Assembly (NCBI GenBank): GCA_973895155.1
Contig: OZ316892.1
Location: 1,801,223-1,865,222, forward strand
Reading direction: 5' to 3'
Length of the DNA: 64,000 nt
Source: Marsupella aquatica
Taxonomy: Eukaryota; Plantae; Marchantiophyta
Shown here: positions 50,138 to 62,505 of the stretch, piece by piece
How positions within the stretch are numbered: the first letter of the stretch is position 1
Layout of the letters: the number at the start of each line of letters is the position of its first letter
The notes under the pieces: model-generated
Told to the model about the DNA's origin: nothing
Database searches by the model: none
The model's input: the letters and a program-made list of their open reading frames with translations, nothing else
Translations under genes and position numbers: made by a program

Positions 50138-50540
50138 TGTTGGGTATTTACTCTTACGTCTAGGTTAGGTATGACGTGGTTGGTACAACAACGTGGGTTG
50201 GTACAACTACGTGGTTAGGTACAACTACGTGATTAGGTACAACTACGTGATTAGGTACAACTATGTGGTTAGGTACAACTAAGTTGCACACTATATCATA
50301 AGAGGCATGTGTGCTTGGAGAGGTAGAACCAAGGCTCATTGTTATGGAGCCACTTGAGAGATAGGGAGAGCTTACACTATGGAGACTCGGTATAGCTGAC
50401 GGGCTTAGAGTTCAGTAAAGCTCTCTTGTGTGTTCCCGTGGACGTAGCCTCAAGGAGGTGAACCACGTATCTCTTGTGTCGACTATTGTGCGTTGGATGG
50501 TTCATGGGCTTGCCGTTGCGATCGTCGTCTATGCTCAACA
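50138..50540 (+). repeat. 3' LTR copy 2 (403 bp; six units)
   Basis: Follows the PPT; followed by TSD ATTCA. Confidence 0.97.
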
Positions 50541-52099
50541 ATTCATGCCTACTTGGCCTTGCCTCCCCAATGCAAGCTCCCTTGAGAGACTGAATGCGGC
50601 TTGGCTGCTGTTTCTACAGGATTTGACAAGAGGGCGAGATAGCCCCCACAAACCTTGAGAACCTATGGCACCCCTAGACCCAGCTGAGATTAGGAGGACG
50701 TAGCCCTCTTTGAGAGCTTTCCAACTCACCCAAGAACGGGAAGTTATCGCCGTTTTTGTTTGACATTTTCTCTTAATGTCGCGACCGTCGCGGCCCACAA
50801 CTTTGGCTCATCCTTAGCCCCCAGGGAGACACCATTCCCCTCATATATGTTTCTGGAGACCTGCTACCCCGGACCAACTTTGGTCCCCAAATTTTGCCCC
50901 CCACTTGGACCCCAACCCGCATGTCCAAGCACGCAACCAACTAGCAATGCCCATAACTCTTTAGTTAGGCGTCCGTAAGCGGAGTGCCTTATCCCGTTAG
51001 GATCAGGCCAACCCAATGCTCATGCCTAGGCCCTCAGATCCCATTATTGCCCATGACCCTCAATTGGCCAAACCCAGATCGGGCCATAACTCGTGCCCCA
51101 AACGTCCGTTGCCCATGGAGTAAACTCCATTGGCCTTGGGCCCAAGAGGAGCTCTCACTCAAGCCCTCAGAACTCAAAGTCCATCCGGGGGGATGGACGG
51201 TCGACCTTGAGCCCGACCCTTTACCCTTGACCCGATCAACCCTCAGCTAGTCTAAGTCCTTAGTGTGTGTCACCAACTCAGCGCCTTGCCTTTGCCAGTG
51301 CCATGCCCCATTGCCCACAAGTCTCCCCATGGTAAGTTCTCCCCGGATGGCCGTTCCGGGCCTGGACCATAGGGGAGCTTGGCGTCGGAGTCAGCGACAC
51401 CGGAGCTAAGTGTTAAGGTAGTCGAGTTCCGTGACTAACATGAACTCTATCATAGGTATGCACAAAAGGAAAGGACTAGCTACCAAACATGAATGGAGAT
51501 AAAGCTGGTGCAATATGAATAAGTGTCTCTATAAGTGAACCTATCATCCTAGCAAACTGGGTAGGTAGCACATAGAGCGGCTCAAAATAAGCAACAGAGG
51601 TAACAATAGGAGCCATAGTCAATAGAGGTGTAGGAGTGACAAATGACACTCTGGCCCCGACCCTAGTGGTACCCATGGGAAGCAAACAGCAGCACCATCA
51701 ACCAATAGCAACAAAGGTCTCCACTGCAATCACAAACGAGTCACTCTCCACCTACGGCTCCGCCACCAATTCAAGTATGGTCTGTGGTGAATGCAGTGAA
51801 CCTGAGTTTGGATGAGGTGGGACCCACTCTTCCGACAATCTGACCTTCTCCAATCTTGGGTTGTACATCTTCAGCCCCCAACCCACTCAAGCACAAACTT
51901 GGGTAGCGGTCCCCGTGGATCAAACTGTCATTGTAGCCCAGGGCCCGGTTTCCAAAGTGCCCATATCCATGGCTGTTGCACGTCCCGCTAGGCCAACATG
52001 TTCGGAGAGGGAGGATGGGGAAATCTCACCCTCAACCAACCATTTTGGAAGCCGAATTCGGAATTATAAGAAGAGTATTAATTAAGGAGTAAGGAGTCA

Positions 52100-52420
52100 A
52101 TGTCACCAACCCAGTTACCGATGGCTTTGGTGGCGGTCGCCCGACTGACGCTGCACCGAATGGGTGAGAACGTTCACCAAAACATACTTCACCCAACCCA
52201 CACTGCATACATCCGGGCACAGGGGTTCAAGCACCTTGTGGCTCTTCCTTGGAACATGAGTCATTACTACGGTAAACACTTGTTAGAGTTCATCGCCAAC
52301 TATGATCACCAACTTGAGTGCACTAGAGAACATGGGCGTATGATGTCTTTGAAGCAGGCCCGACTTCAAATGATCTTTGGTTTACTTGTGGAATGGTTAA
52401 GGTGGAACATCCGGCACTGA
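52100..52420 (+). pseudogene. Possible fragment of a Gypsy-associated accessory ORF
   Basis: LLEFIANY...GRMMSL...L..IFGL resembles the EFyaNy...GxxI...FGL pattern of Athila/Tat extra ORFs; weak. Confidence 0.3.
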
Positions 52421-52618
52421 GAGGAAATGGGGCAAAGTACCACTCTTCCAATTTTGCGGTTGATGGACACGTTGTCCTGATCGTTTGATAATTCATGATA
52501 TAATCACTATTACTAAATAATATGGTTGAAGTAATATTTTGTTACATGCTTATTAAATCGCTATGAAATGTCAATAATAGGTGTAAGTTTTCTGTAGAGA
52601 GTGGGCTGTAACCTCTTC

Positions 52619-54083
52619 TCAAAGGGGTAAGGGATCATAGTCTCCAGCAGAGTCTAGTTTCTCTATCTGTCTAATAGGGCCTTTGAACCACTTTCTGGCA
52701 TAAAGAGTCCACGAACTTAGAGTCAGTATCAATGCTCCCCCAAGCGCCACAGGTGCGTAGTTCAGCGTTTGTGCATCGATTGGATAAGCAACCGGTAGAC
52801 AAAACACTACCGAGAGGGCGCCCACCCACAGGACAGCAACCCAGCCCACCAGGAGGCTGAGACGCTTGCCCAGATGGAAGGGCCCTGGAACAAAGGTGTT
52901 GCGTGCGAAAGTGATCCGACAGAGGACTGGCAATGCATACGAAATGAAAAATGCAAGTCCAGCAATGGACACCATCGCTTGAAACGCCACTGCACTGCCC
53001 AATGATGGGAGGGCAATCGCCAGGGCCATGAACGCAGACAGCCACACTGCGTTCAGTGGAACTTCTCTTTTATCAACCGAGTTCCATATTCTAGACAAGG
53101 GCATTGCACCATCTCTTGCGAAAGCAAAGACCATTCTTGAGTTGGCCGTGATTGCAGATATGCCAGCAAACCAGAGTCCACCTGCCACAACACCTAGGCA
53201 TATAATGGCCCCCACCCCACTCCCATATCTGCCGTAGAAGGCATCATAAAACACTTGGGCTATAGCATACCCTTGTGCTTCATTCCCCGGATCCAGAACA
53301 TGTTGTGGGTCTCCAGTGGCGAATAGGATGCCCAACATGAAGACAAAACCAAATACAGTTCCCGTTACCACACCACTCAAGAGGCCATAAGCTCCGTTTC
53401 TATCCGAAGCTTTCGTCTCTTCTGTCAAATGCGCTGATGTGTCATAGCCAAAAAGTGTTAACGGACATATCAATAGACCCAATAGAAAGATGTATGGCTC
53501 GCTGTGAATTCCAACACCTGTGTCTGTGTTAAAAGATGTAAATACCCACTCCGCACTCCGTGTATGAGTTGAAACCAGGGGAATCAAGATCATCAAAACG
53601 AGTGTTCCGACAATGTTCCAAAGTGCCCCCAGGTTTCCCAGGTAGCCGAGAAGGTTAATCGGCAAGCTGCATACGAGTGCGTGCACGACTAAAAAGCCAG
53701 CGTCGATAGCAATGATATGATACTTGGATATCCGCCTCCACTTCCTCCGCCTGTCGACAGTACAATCATGGTTTGCAGGAAAATTACCAAAGATGTAACT
53801 CCAGTAGTAAAGACCACCTGTGGTGGGATAAGCAGAGCAAATCTCGGCCATAGAGGTAGCCAAACAAAGATTGAAAAAGCCACCAATCATCCACCCGTAG
53901 ACCATTGATAAGGGCCCTCCATATCTCAGCGACTGAGCATAAAGAATGGAGACCGAACCCAAGACGGAAAGGAGGGTAAACGCGAAGCCAAAGTTGCCTA
54001 TCACCCCTAGATCTCGACTCAACAACTGCTTGTAGCCTAGCGCTTCCAGACGCGCCTGCGCTGAGTCCTTAGGCTTCTCGGTC
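52619..54083 (-). pseudogene. BAT1: BAT1-like amino-acid permease, defective duplicate
   Basis: Close paralog of 58755-60329. A 22-nt deletion removes the ATG; 95-nt and 7-nt deletions remove a TM segment but restore the frame. Confidence 0.85.
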
Positions 54084-57000
54084 CCACTTGCAATTTCCCT
54101 GTATCAAGCTAGTTGATCCCTCGATCTTCCTATTGGGTGGTCCAGCAGTGCTTCCTTCATTTATTTGTACAAGAAACTACGCAGACACAAATCAACCTTT
54201 GCGTCGACGACCTTCCCTCCCTTGACTAAAAAATGGCCATCTCCAGGAGAATGTCTTCGAGTGGAAACTTAATTGAAAAATCCTCACTTCTTTGGCTGGC
54301 TATTTTTCCTAGCTACAGAAATGAGCCACACGGTCAGCCACAGAGAAATCGATAACATGTGCCCTTCTGCTCAGAAACAGATCAATCTAATGATGTTCCT
54401 GTTGCAGTATTGCACTCTCTGTGATTTCTCCTAACCTTTGTGGCCACATGATTTTTCAGCAGTCATGGAGTGGACACCTACCTCGCCACAGATATCTGAG
54501 CGATTCAGACCTTGAACATAGAACACAATTAAGAGGATAAGTACAAGGCAGCCTACTTCCCCCGTGATAAAAGCGCTTCGCTGAGAAAATTCCCCGATTA
54601 TTATGCTTCACTACAACTGGGATGCCAGCTGCGACAGAACAGCAAGAGATTCATGAATGAAACAGGACATTCCATACAGGACTTCTCTACGCCTGCTCCG
54701 TGGCAAGAGCTCAGTCTCTTCATCATTTGATCAACAAGGAAGAGTCGAGAACAGGGCTGCTTGGGTTGCAAAATGCACAATCCTACGAATTGGGTCGGAG
54801 GCAAACAAGCCCATCGTATCAAAGTGTGTGAAGAAACCAACAAGACGCACACCAACCGTGAAAGAGACCCGTGTGAACGAGAGATACTAAGTGAACCCCG
54901 GCATCCCTGTGGTGTGTTGACCGGTGGACTTGCATGCTAGTCCCGCCATGGAGCACCAATTCTCTCTCTTCTATCTGTTGCGCTGGCTCTCCCCTGTCGT
55001 TCAAGACCTCAAATAACTCTCTCTATCCGTCCCGCAGTGCAATTTCAGTCCGGTACCTCCACAGTCTTATCTATACACAGCAGATTCTACCACTGGACTA
55101 GGGGGCTTTTACATCTCCAAATTATAAACCATTTGAGTGCCATATTAAACGACTAAAATCTGGAAAGCGATCAAAAAGAGGAAAACGGGAGTCATCAACC
55201 TACAACAAGACCGGCGACATATTCTTGCCACAGTTCACTGGTTTAAAAAACTTTTGGTCCAACTTTGGTTCTCTTGGGAGTTGTGCAGGACCAAGAGCAC
55301 TCTGCTCTTTGTCGTGCCTTCTACGACCTTAGACTGTTGCTGTCGCGATCTAAGCTTTACGCTTCTCTATGAAAATCCCCCCAAAATTTGAGCTCGCCAA
55401 CGAGTCAGACGGCAGGGAGTGCTGGATTCGATGTTCGTTCATTTACCATGTTCAAACGATGAACACCAGGATTTTCCACATCAATTGGCTTGTCCAAGGC
55501 CCATCGATTGACTGATTCTGATCTGAATTCGACCATGATGGATGATTACTTCACATTCATTCCTGTTGGTTTGCAATCACAAACTGCATTTGGCCTCTCC
55601 TCTCGGCGATGAATTTGGTACAAACAATCCACGGAAATCCAAGAGCAGGAAATTGAGCGTGGCTATGAAATTGAGTTTTTGTATCCAGTTCGAGAGAAAC
55701 AACTCCAAACTCTGGTAACTTTGCTGGGATAAATCTTTTGCATCAGGGGCGTGTTGGATCAAGTCAACCCACGATCTTGTGGAGCTAACCAAATCGATTA
55801 CCTGACACGATTCGAGCTCTCGAGATTTTGCTTCCAGACATGGACGGAGAGCGAGAAGCTTCTATTGTCAGGCGTCATGATCCAAATGTAGGCGTCCGGT
55901 TCCTCGAAAATGAGGCGCAACAAATTCTGTGCACAAGTGAAGAGAAAAAATTCAATCTGAGCATCTGAGTAAGATAGTAGTGAGGCCTTTGTGAGTTTTT
56001 TGAACTCCAAATATGTGGGTAAGTCGTCCAGACTTAGACTTTGGACTGATCTTTCATTCTGACCAGTACTCCCTTCCCGGATTTGCCCCGCCTTCTTTTT
56101 GGTCTGTTTGGAAGCTAGAGTAAATTACAGCAATCTTCCTAATAAATGGTGAACACAAGCTGCAAGGGTCTTTGCCTCACCTCAACATTCAACATTTCTG
56201 TGCAATGCACGGGGGCATTGGGCTAGTACTTTGATAATATATTTCACAGTTGAATACAAGCCAAAATGTCATGAAAATTGAAATGTTACTTTAGTGGTTA
56301 AAGGATTTGAGTCCAAAATAAGTTCTCATGTCCCCAGTTGGTCGCATGGGCACACTGACCCACCCTCGCGCAGCCCTACTACTAATTTTCAACTAGCCTT
56401 GGCATCACTAGGGCGTTTCAAAGCTCCAAAGTCGCATATGATGGCTTTTGGCCATAGCTTTTCCACAGGGTTGCGTCTCAAACGTTCTAAGTTGTGTATG
56501 ATGACTTTCAGGCATGGCTTTTTCACAGGGTTGTGTAAAACAAATTAAAAAATACTAGCCTCTACAGTGACTTATGGTCATGCTGTGCATGTGATCAATC
56601 ATTCTGGCCAAAAGCTATGACGTTGGTAGTCATAACCTTTTCTGTCCTTAACATAGTGAGTTAAGGTGTATCAAATGGTGAGGTTTGAATCAAATTCTCC
56701 GTCCTAGGCTGCACGTGGGAGGCCAAAGGAGTGAAAATATTGCGCAGGCTCTTATGTTCTGTAGGTTCCCAACAGACCAAAAGAGGCCGCGCATATCATC
56801 GAAGGGAATCATGGTCAGAATGAGCGATCTGCCAAAGTCTGGAGGACTTACCCACATATTGGAGTTTAAGCAACTCACAACAGCCTAAATACTATCTTAC
56901 TCAGATGCTCACTCAGATGCTCAGATCGAATTTTTTTTCTCTTCACTTGTACAGAGTGTGTTGCGTCTCCTTTTCCAGGAACCGAACGTCTACATTCGGG

Positions 57001-58754
57001 TCGTGACTTCTGACAGTCGAGACTTTCACTCTCCGTCAATCTATGGGATCGGAGCAAAAAGTCGATAGCAGGTAATCGGGTCAGGTAATCGTGGGTTGCC
57101 TTGATCCAAAACGCCGCTGGATGCAAAGATTTGTTACAGCATAGTTACCAGAGTTTGAAGTCGTTTCTCTTGAACTGGATACGAAAACTCAATTTCCCAG
57201 CCATGGTCAATTCCCTGCTCTTGGATTTCTCTGGATTATTTGTACCAAATTCACCGCCGAGAGACGAGGCCAATTGCAGTTTGTGATTGCCAACCAATTT
57301 TCAGGAATGAATGTAAAGTAATCCTCCATCATAGGAGCGAAGTTCAAATCAGAATCATTCAATCGATGAGCCTTGGACAAGCCGATTGATGTGCAAAATG
57401 CTGGTGTTCATCTTTTGAACTTTGCAGATGGACGACCATAGAATCCAGCACACTTTCCCGTCACTCTTTGAGCATGTTTTTGGGGATTTTCGTAGAGAAA
57501 CTTAAAGCTTAGATCGCGTTAGCAACAATCCCAGGTCGTCAAAGGCACGACAGAGAACAGAGCGCTCTTGGACCAGCACAATTGACCAATGAACCAAAAT
57601 TGGACCAAAAGTTATTTATACCAGTGTGCGGTTGCAGGAATTCATCGCCGGTCCCTGTTGTAGGTTGATGAGTCCTGTATCCCTCTTTTTGATCGCTTAA
57701 TATGGCACAAAGATGTCAGCTTGCTTTCTAACCTAGTGGTGGAAAGTGCTGTGTACGGATAACACTGTGGAGGTACCGTACTGAATTGACCTGTGGGACG
57801 GATAGAGAAACTCTATTTAAGGTCTTCAACGACAGGGGAGAGCTAGCGAGAGAGGTAGAAGAGAGGATTTGTGCTCCGTGGGGGGAGTAGGGTGCAAGTC
57901 CACCGGTCGACACACCAGAGGGATGCCGGGATTCATTTGGTATCTCTCGTTTACAGGTCTCTTTCACGGCTGGTGTGCGTCTTGTTGGTTTCTTCACACA
58001 CTTTGATACGAGGAGCTTCTTTGCCTCGGACCCAATTCGTAGGATTGTGCATTTTGCAACGCAAGCAGCCCTGTTCTCGACTCCTCCTTTGATCAAATGA
58101 GGAAGAGACTGAGCTCTTGCCACGGAGCAGGCGTAGAGAAGTCCTGTATGGAATGTTCTGTTTCATTTATGAACCTCTATGCTGTTCGGTCGCAGCTGGC
58201 ATCCCAGTTGTAGTGAAGCATAATAATCGGGGAATTTTCTCAGTGAAGCGCTTTTATCACGGGGGAAGTAGGCTGCCTTGTACTTATCCACTGAATAGTG
58301 TTCTATGTTCAAGGTCTGAAATGTTCAGATATCTGTGGCGAGGTAGGTGTACACTCCTTGACTGCTGAAAAATCATGCGGCCACAAAGGCAGGGAGAAAT
58401 CACAGAGAGTGCAATATGCAACAGGAACATCATTAGATTGATCTGTTTCTGAGCAGAAGGACTCATGTTATTCATTTCTCTGTGGCTGACCTTCTGGCTC
58501 ATTTCTGTAGCTAGGAAAAACAGCCAGCCAAAGAAGTGAGGATTTTTCAGTTAAGTTTCCACTTGAAGACATTCTCCTGGAGATGGCCTTTTTTTTAGTC
58601 AAGGGAGGAAAGGTTGTCGACGCAAAGGTTGATTTGTGTCTGCGGATTTTCTTGTACAAATAAATAAAGGAAGCACTGCTGGACCACCCAATAGGAAGAT
58701 TGAGGGATCAACTAGCTTGATACAGGGAAATTGCAATTGGGACCTTGGGACATC

Positions 58755-60329
58755 ATGGCTGTGACCGAGAAGCCTAAGGACTCAGGGCAGGCGCGTCTGG
58801 AAGCGCTAGGCTACAAGCAGTTGTTGAATCGAGATCTAGGAGTGATAGGCAACTTTGGCTTCGCGTTTACCCTCCTCTCTGTCTTGGCTTCCGTCTCCAT
58901 TCTTTATGGTCAGTCGCTGAGATATGGAGGGCCCTTATCAATGGTCTACGGGTGGATGATTGGTGGCTTTTTCAATCTTTGGTTGGCTACCTCTATGGCC
59001 GAGATTTGCTCTGCTTATCCCACCACAGGTGGTCTTTACTACTGGAGTTACATGCTTGCTGGGCCAACCTGGGGACCATTCGCAGCATGGATGACTGGCT
59101 GGTTTAATTTGATCGGCCAGTGGGCATCAACAGCTACTGTGGATTACTCTTTGGCAATTTTGCTGCAAACCATGATTCTACTGTCGACAGGCGGAGGAAG
59201 TGGAGGCGGATATTCTATATCAAAGTATCTTGTCATTGCTATCGACGCTGGCTTTTTAGTCGTGCACGCACTCGTATGCAGCTTGCCGATTAAGTTTCTC
59301 GGCTACCTGGGTAACCTGGGGGCACTTTGGAACATTTGCGGAACACTCGTTTTGATGGTCTTGATCCCCCTGGTTTCAACTCATACACGGAGTGCGGAGT
59401 GGGTATTTACATCTTTTAACACAGACACAGGTGTTGGAATTCACAGCAAGCCATACATCTTTCTATTGGGTCTATTGATCTGTCCGTTAACACTCGTTGG
59501 GTATGACACATCAGCGCATTTGACAGAAGAGACGAAAGCTGCGGATAGAAACGGAGCTTATGGTCTCTTGAGTGGTGTGGCAATGGGAACTGTAATTGGT
59601 TTCGTCTTCATGTTGGGCATCATCTTCTCCACTGGAGACCCACAGCATGTTCTGGATCCGGGGAATGAAGCACAAGGATATGCTATAGCCCAAGTGTTTT
59701 ATGATGCCTTCTACGGCAGATATGGGAGTGGGGTGGGGGCCATTATATGCCTAGGTGTTGTTGCAGGTGGCCTCTGGTTCGCTGGCATGTCTGGAATCAC
59801 GGCCAACTCAAGAATGGTCTTTGCTTTTGCCAGAGATGGTGCCATGCCCTTGTCTAGAGTATGGCACTCGGTTGATAAAAGAGAAGTTCCACTGAACGCA
59901 GTGTGGGTGTCTGCATTCATGGCCCTGGCGATTGCCCTCCCGTCATTGGGCAGTGCAGTGGCGTTTCAAGCGATGGTGTCCATTGCTGGACTTGCATTTT
60001 TCATTTCGTATGCATTGCCAGTCTTCTGTCGGATCACTTTCGCACGCAACACCTTCGTTCCAGGGCCCTTCCATCTGGGCAAGCGTCTCAGCTTCCTGGT
60101 GGGCTGGGTTGCTGTCCTGTGGGTGGTCGCCCTGTCGGTAGTGTTTTGTCTACCTGTTGCTTATCCAATCGATGCACAAACGCTGAACTACGCACCTGTT
60201 GCGCTTGGGGGTGCATTGATACTGACTGTAAGTTCGTGGACTCTTTATGCCAGAAAGTGGTTCAAAGGCCCTATTAGACAGATAGAGAAACTAGACTCTG
60301 CTAGAGACTATGATCCCTTACCCCTTTGA
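58755..60329 (+). CDS. BAT1: BAT1/GABP-like amino-acid (GABA) permease, APC superfamily, 524 aa, intronless CDS
   Basis: DSGQARLEALGYKQ, MAEICSAYPTTGGLYYWS, GYDTSAHLTEETK, SRMVFAFARDGAMP, FVPGPFHLG, LNYAPVA...ARKWFKGP; about 12 hydrophobic segments. Confidence 0.95.
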   Translation: MAVTEKPKDSGQARLEALGYKQLLNRDLGVIGNFGFAFTLLSVLASVSILYGQSLRYGGPLSMVYGWMIGGFFNLWLATSMAEICSAYPTTGGLYYWSYMLAGPTWGPFAAWMTGWFNLIGQWASTATVDYSLAILLQTMILLSTGGGSGGGYSISKYLVIAIDAGFLVVHALVCSLPIKFLGYLGNLGALWNICGTLVLMVLIPLVSTHTRSAEWVFTSFNTDTGVGIHSKPYIFLLGLLICPLTLVGYDTSAHLTEETKAADRNGAYGLLSGVAMGTVIGFVFMLGIIFSTGDPQHVLDPGNEAQGYAIAQVFYDAFYGRYGSGVGAIICLGVVAGGLWFAGMSGITANSRMVFAFARDGAMPLSRVWHSVDKREVPLNAVWVSAFMALAIALPSLGSAVAFQAMVSIAGLAFFISYALPVFCRITFARNTFVPGPFHLGKRLSFLVGWVAVLWVVALSVVFCLPVAYPIDAQTLNYAPVALGGALILTVSSWTLYARKWFKGPIRQIEKLDSARDYDPLPL

Positions 60330-60689
60330 GAAGAGGTTACAGCCCACTCTCTACCATTGTTTCGGGTGCTCTCTGAGAATAAACGGTTCACAGATCCGCC
60401 ATGAATTCATGCATTGTCTTGGAGACAGAGAAAGCTGAATTCTACGAGTTAAATTAGGGACCGTCTGGCACAGTGAGTGCCAAGAACTGCCACGAAGAAA
60501 GTATTCGGCCATGAAGAAAGTATTCAGCTTTACTGACAAAGAGAATACAATGCAAAAGTAGCCAGCGATAATAAACAGTCACAGGAGAGCTCCCTAGGAA
60601 GGTCGGAGGAACGAAGACCCGAAATGATCTATGGATTTGAATAGATCCCCTAAATCCTACGTTAGCAGATCAGCCGCACTAAACACTAC

Positions 60690-60868
60690 AAAGTTTGCAT
60701 GTGACCCCGCAATATCTGGGTTTCTTTAATATACATCTGATGGCTGTTGATCATCTTGATTAAGGAAACGCAACTATTTAAAGTTTGCATGTGACCCTGC
60801 AATATCTGGGTTTCTTTAATATACATCTGATGGCTGTTGATCATCTTGATTAAAGAACGTAACTATTT
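60690..60868. repeat. ~90-bp tandem duplication
   Basis: AAAGTTTGCATGTGACCC.GCAATATCTGGG...GATCATCTTGATTAA...AACTATTT occurs twice. Confidence 0.9.
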
Positions 60869-61034
60869 TCTACACTCCCCTCGTTCATTAGTGGAAAGTG
60901 GAAAGGAACCAACAGAAGGATTATGTCAAAAGCAAGATAAGTCAACGATGCCAATGTATGCTCGAGGTCTCTCAAATTTGGGTTGCAAAAGAGCTTTGCT
61001 CAGTATGTCAGCAGGTTGCTCTTCAGTGGAAACA

Positions 61035-61900
61035 TACTGTAGTTGAATCTCCCCTCCAAAACTCGCTTGTGGATGAAGTGATCATGTACATCGAAAAAGC
61101 TTGGTGCACGTGTGAAACACAGGATTTTGGCATAGCACCTTGATTGTCACAAAAAATCAGGAGAGAGGAATTGGGAAGAGCAAACAAGATCTCAGAATTG
61201 TTACAATGTACATGAGTTTGACCATCACAAATTATGAGTTGTAGTTCATGCAGCAAACTATTGAGATATACTGCTTCCTGAGCACCATGACAGGGACACA
61301 TATTCAAACTTGGTGGAAGATCTAGAAGTTGTAGCCTGGCGCTTGCTGTTCCAGGCAACTGGACTACCTCCAATAGAAAAAATGTAGCCACCAATTGAAT
61401 GTCTAGTAGATGGGCAAGCAGCCTAATCAGCATCAGTAAAACCAAGGAGATTAAGATGCGCTCCACGGGAAGAGGATGTCGTAATCAAGAGTGTTTGATA
61501 TAACAAAAAATATGTCGTGTAGCTTGAAGGTAGTAGGTCCGAGGGGCTTGGATGAAGTGGGTGACCGTGCTAACTGCAAAAGAAATGTCAGGGCGAGTGT
61601 TGGTGAGGTAAATCAATTGCCAGCCATGCGGCAATAAAGCTCAGGATCAGCTAGAGAAGCATTGGAGTCAGCAGAAAGATTAGTACCAACAGGAAGCGCT
61701 ATATGGGCAGGTATGCAATCTGTCATCTGAAATTCCTCTAACATCTCAGAACAAGAACCATTTTTATGCATAGTAATCCCTTGATTTGCAGTATCAAAGT
61801 CAATACCAAGGTATTTATGTATGGGCCCTAGATCTTTCAGAATGATCTTGGCACAAAGGGAAGCCTTAAGTTCTTCTATCTTGGAAGGGGAATTTCCTCA
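61035..61900 (-). pseudogene. Degraded copia RT/RNaseH fragment (different family)
   Basis: KDLGP..YLG, YLTNTRPDISFAV, QEAVYL..LLHEL, IFCDNQGA; frameshifted. Confidence 0.75.
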
Positions 61901-61989
61901 TGGTTCTTCATGGTATCATGCCCACAAAATTCAGATCCTTTGAACAATCTTTTATTGCCTTCTGGATTACGGGCCCGTTATGGCCTATT

Positions 61990-62505
61990 GTAATGTAGCA
62001 GTAGCCCACTCAGATATTTCATCTATAGTAGATTAATGGCATAAACGTATTGGCCATGTGAACTTTCAAAAACCTCACTTTATGACTGGCCAACATCTAA
62101 TTAATGGGGTATCTGTTCTACCTCAGGTCAAGCATTTCTGCGACAATTGCATGTACTCATGCCAAGCAGACACGTGAGCGCTTCCCCAGGCACTCCCATT
62201 TGAAGACCACCCAACCTGTTGAACTTGTTCACTCAGATGTCTGCGACCCTTTTTTGGCTGAGTCCCTTATTGGCACCAGATATTTTGTGACTTTCACCAA
62301 TGACCTCACCAGATATACCTGGATCAACTATATTTCCTGCAAATTTGAAGTCTTCTATCATTGTCAAGATTTCAAGGCTATGATTGAAACACAATTTCAA
62401 CTGAAATTTGGCTGTCTTTCATCTAATTTTGGCTGTGAGTACATATCACACGAGTCCATTGTTTTTGCACTGCACATGGAACTTTGCATTCAGCCACACC
62501 GTTTC
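61990..62505 (+). pseudogene. Degraded copia GAG-pre-integrase/integrase fragment
   Basis: WHKRIGHVNF, ELVHSDVCDPF...RYFVTFTNDLTRYTW, CLSSNFGCEY. Confidence 0.8.

Larger units (their letters stand above)
44065..50540 (+). mobile_element. Full-length Ty1/copia LTR retrotransposon, copy 2 (same family)
   Basis: LTRs 44065-44485 and 50138-50540; TSD ATTCA; same PBS and PPT; colinear with copy 1. Confidence 0.98.
43510..51440. mobile_element. Probable older LTR (Gypsy-like) remnant split by copia copy 2 (43510-44064 + 50541-51440)
   Basis: GC-richer non-coding block continuous across the copia TSD; CATAACTC...CGTCCG motifs typical of plant Gypsy LTRs; ends ...GTGACTAACA. Left end not defined. 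Confidence 0.4.
52594..60354. repeat. ~3.5-kb inverted duplication (arms ~52594-56125 and ~56755-60354, ~630-bp spacer)
   Basis: Outer ends GTAGAGAGTGGGCTGTAACCTCTTCTC / GAGAAGAGGTTACAGCCCACTCTCTAC; homology runs through the CDS and ~2 kb of upstream DNA. Confidence 0.95.

Noticed and set aside
56220-56562. GGCTAGTA...TACTAGCC inverted ends in the palindrome spacer as a MITE
   Set aside because: Only 8 bp and no convincing TSD.
54601-58659. Mirror-image short ORFs upstream of both permease copies
   Set aside because: Frames are not preserved between the arms; duplicated UTR/intron/promoter DNA.
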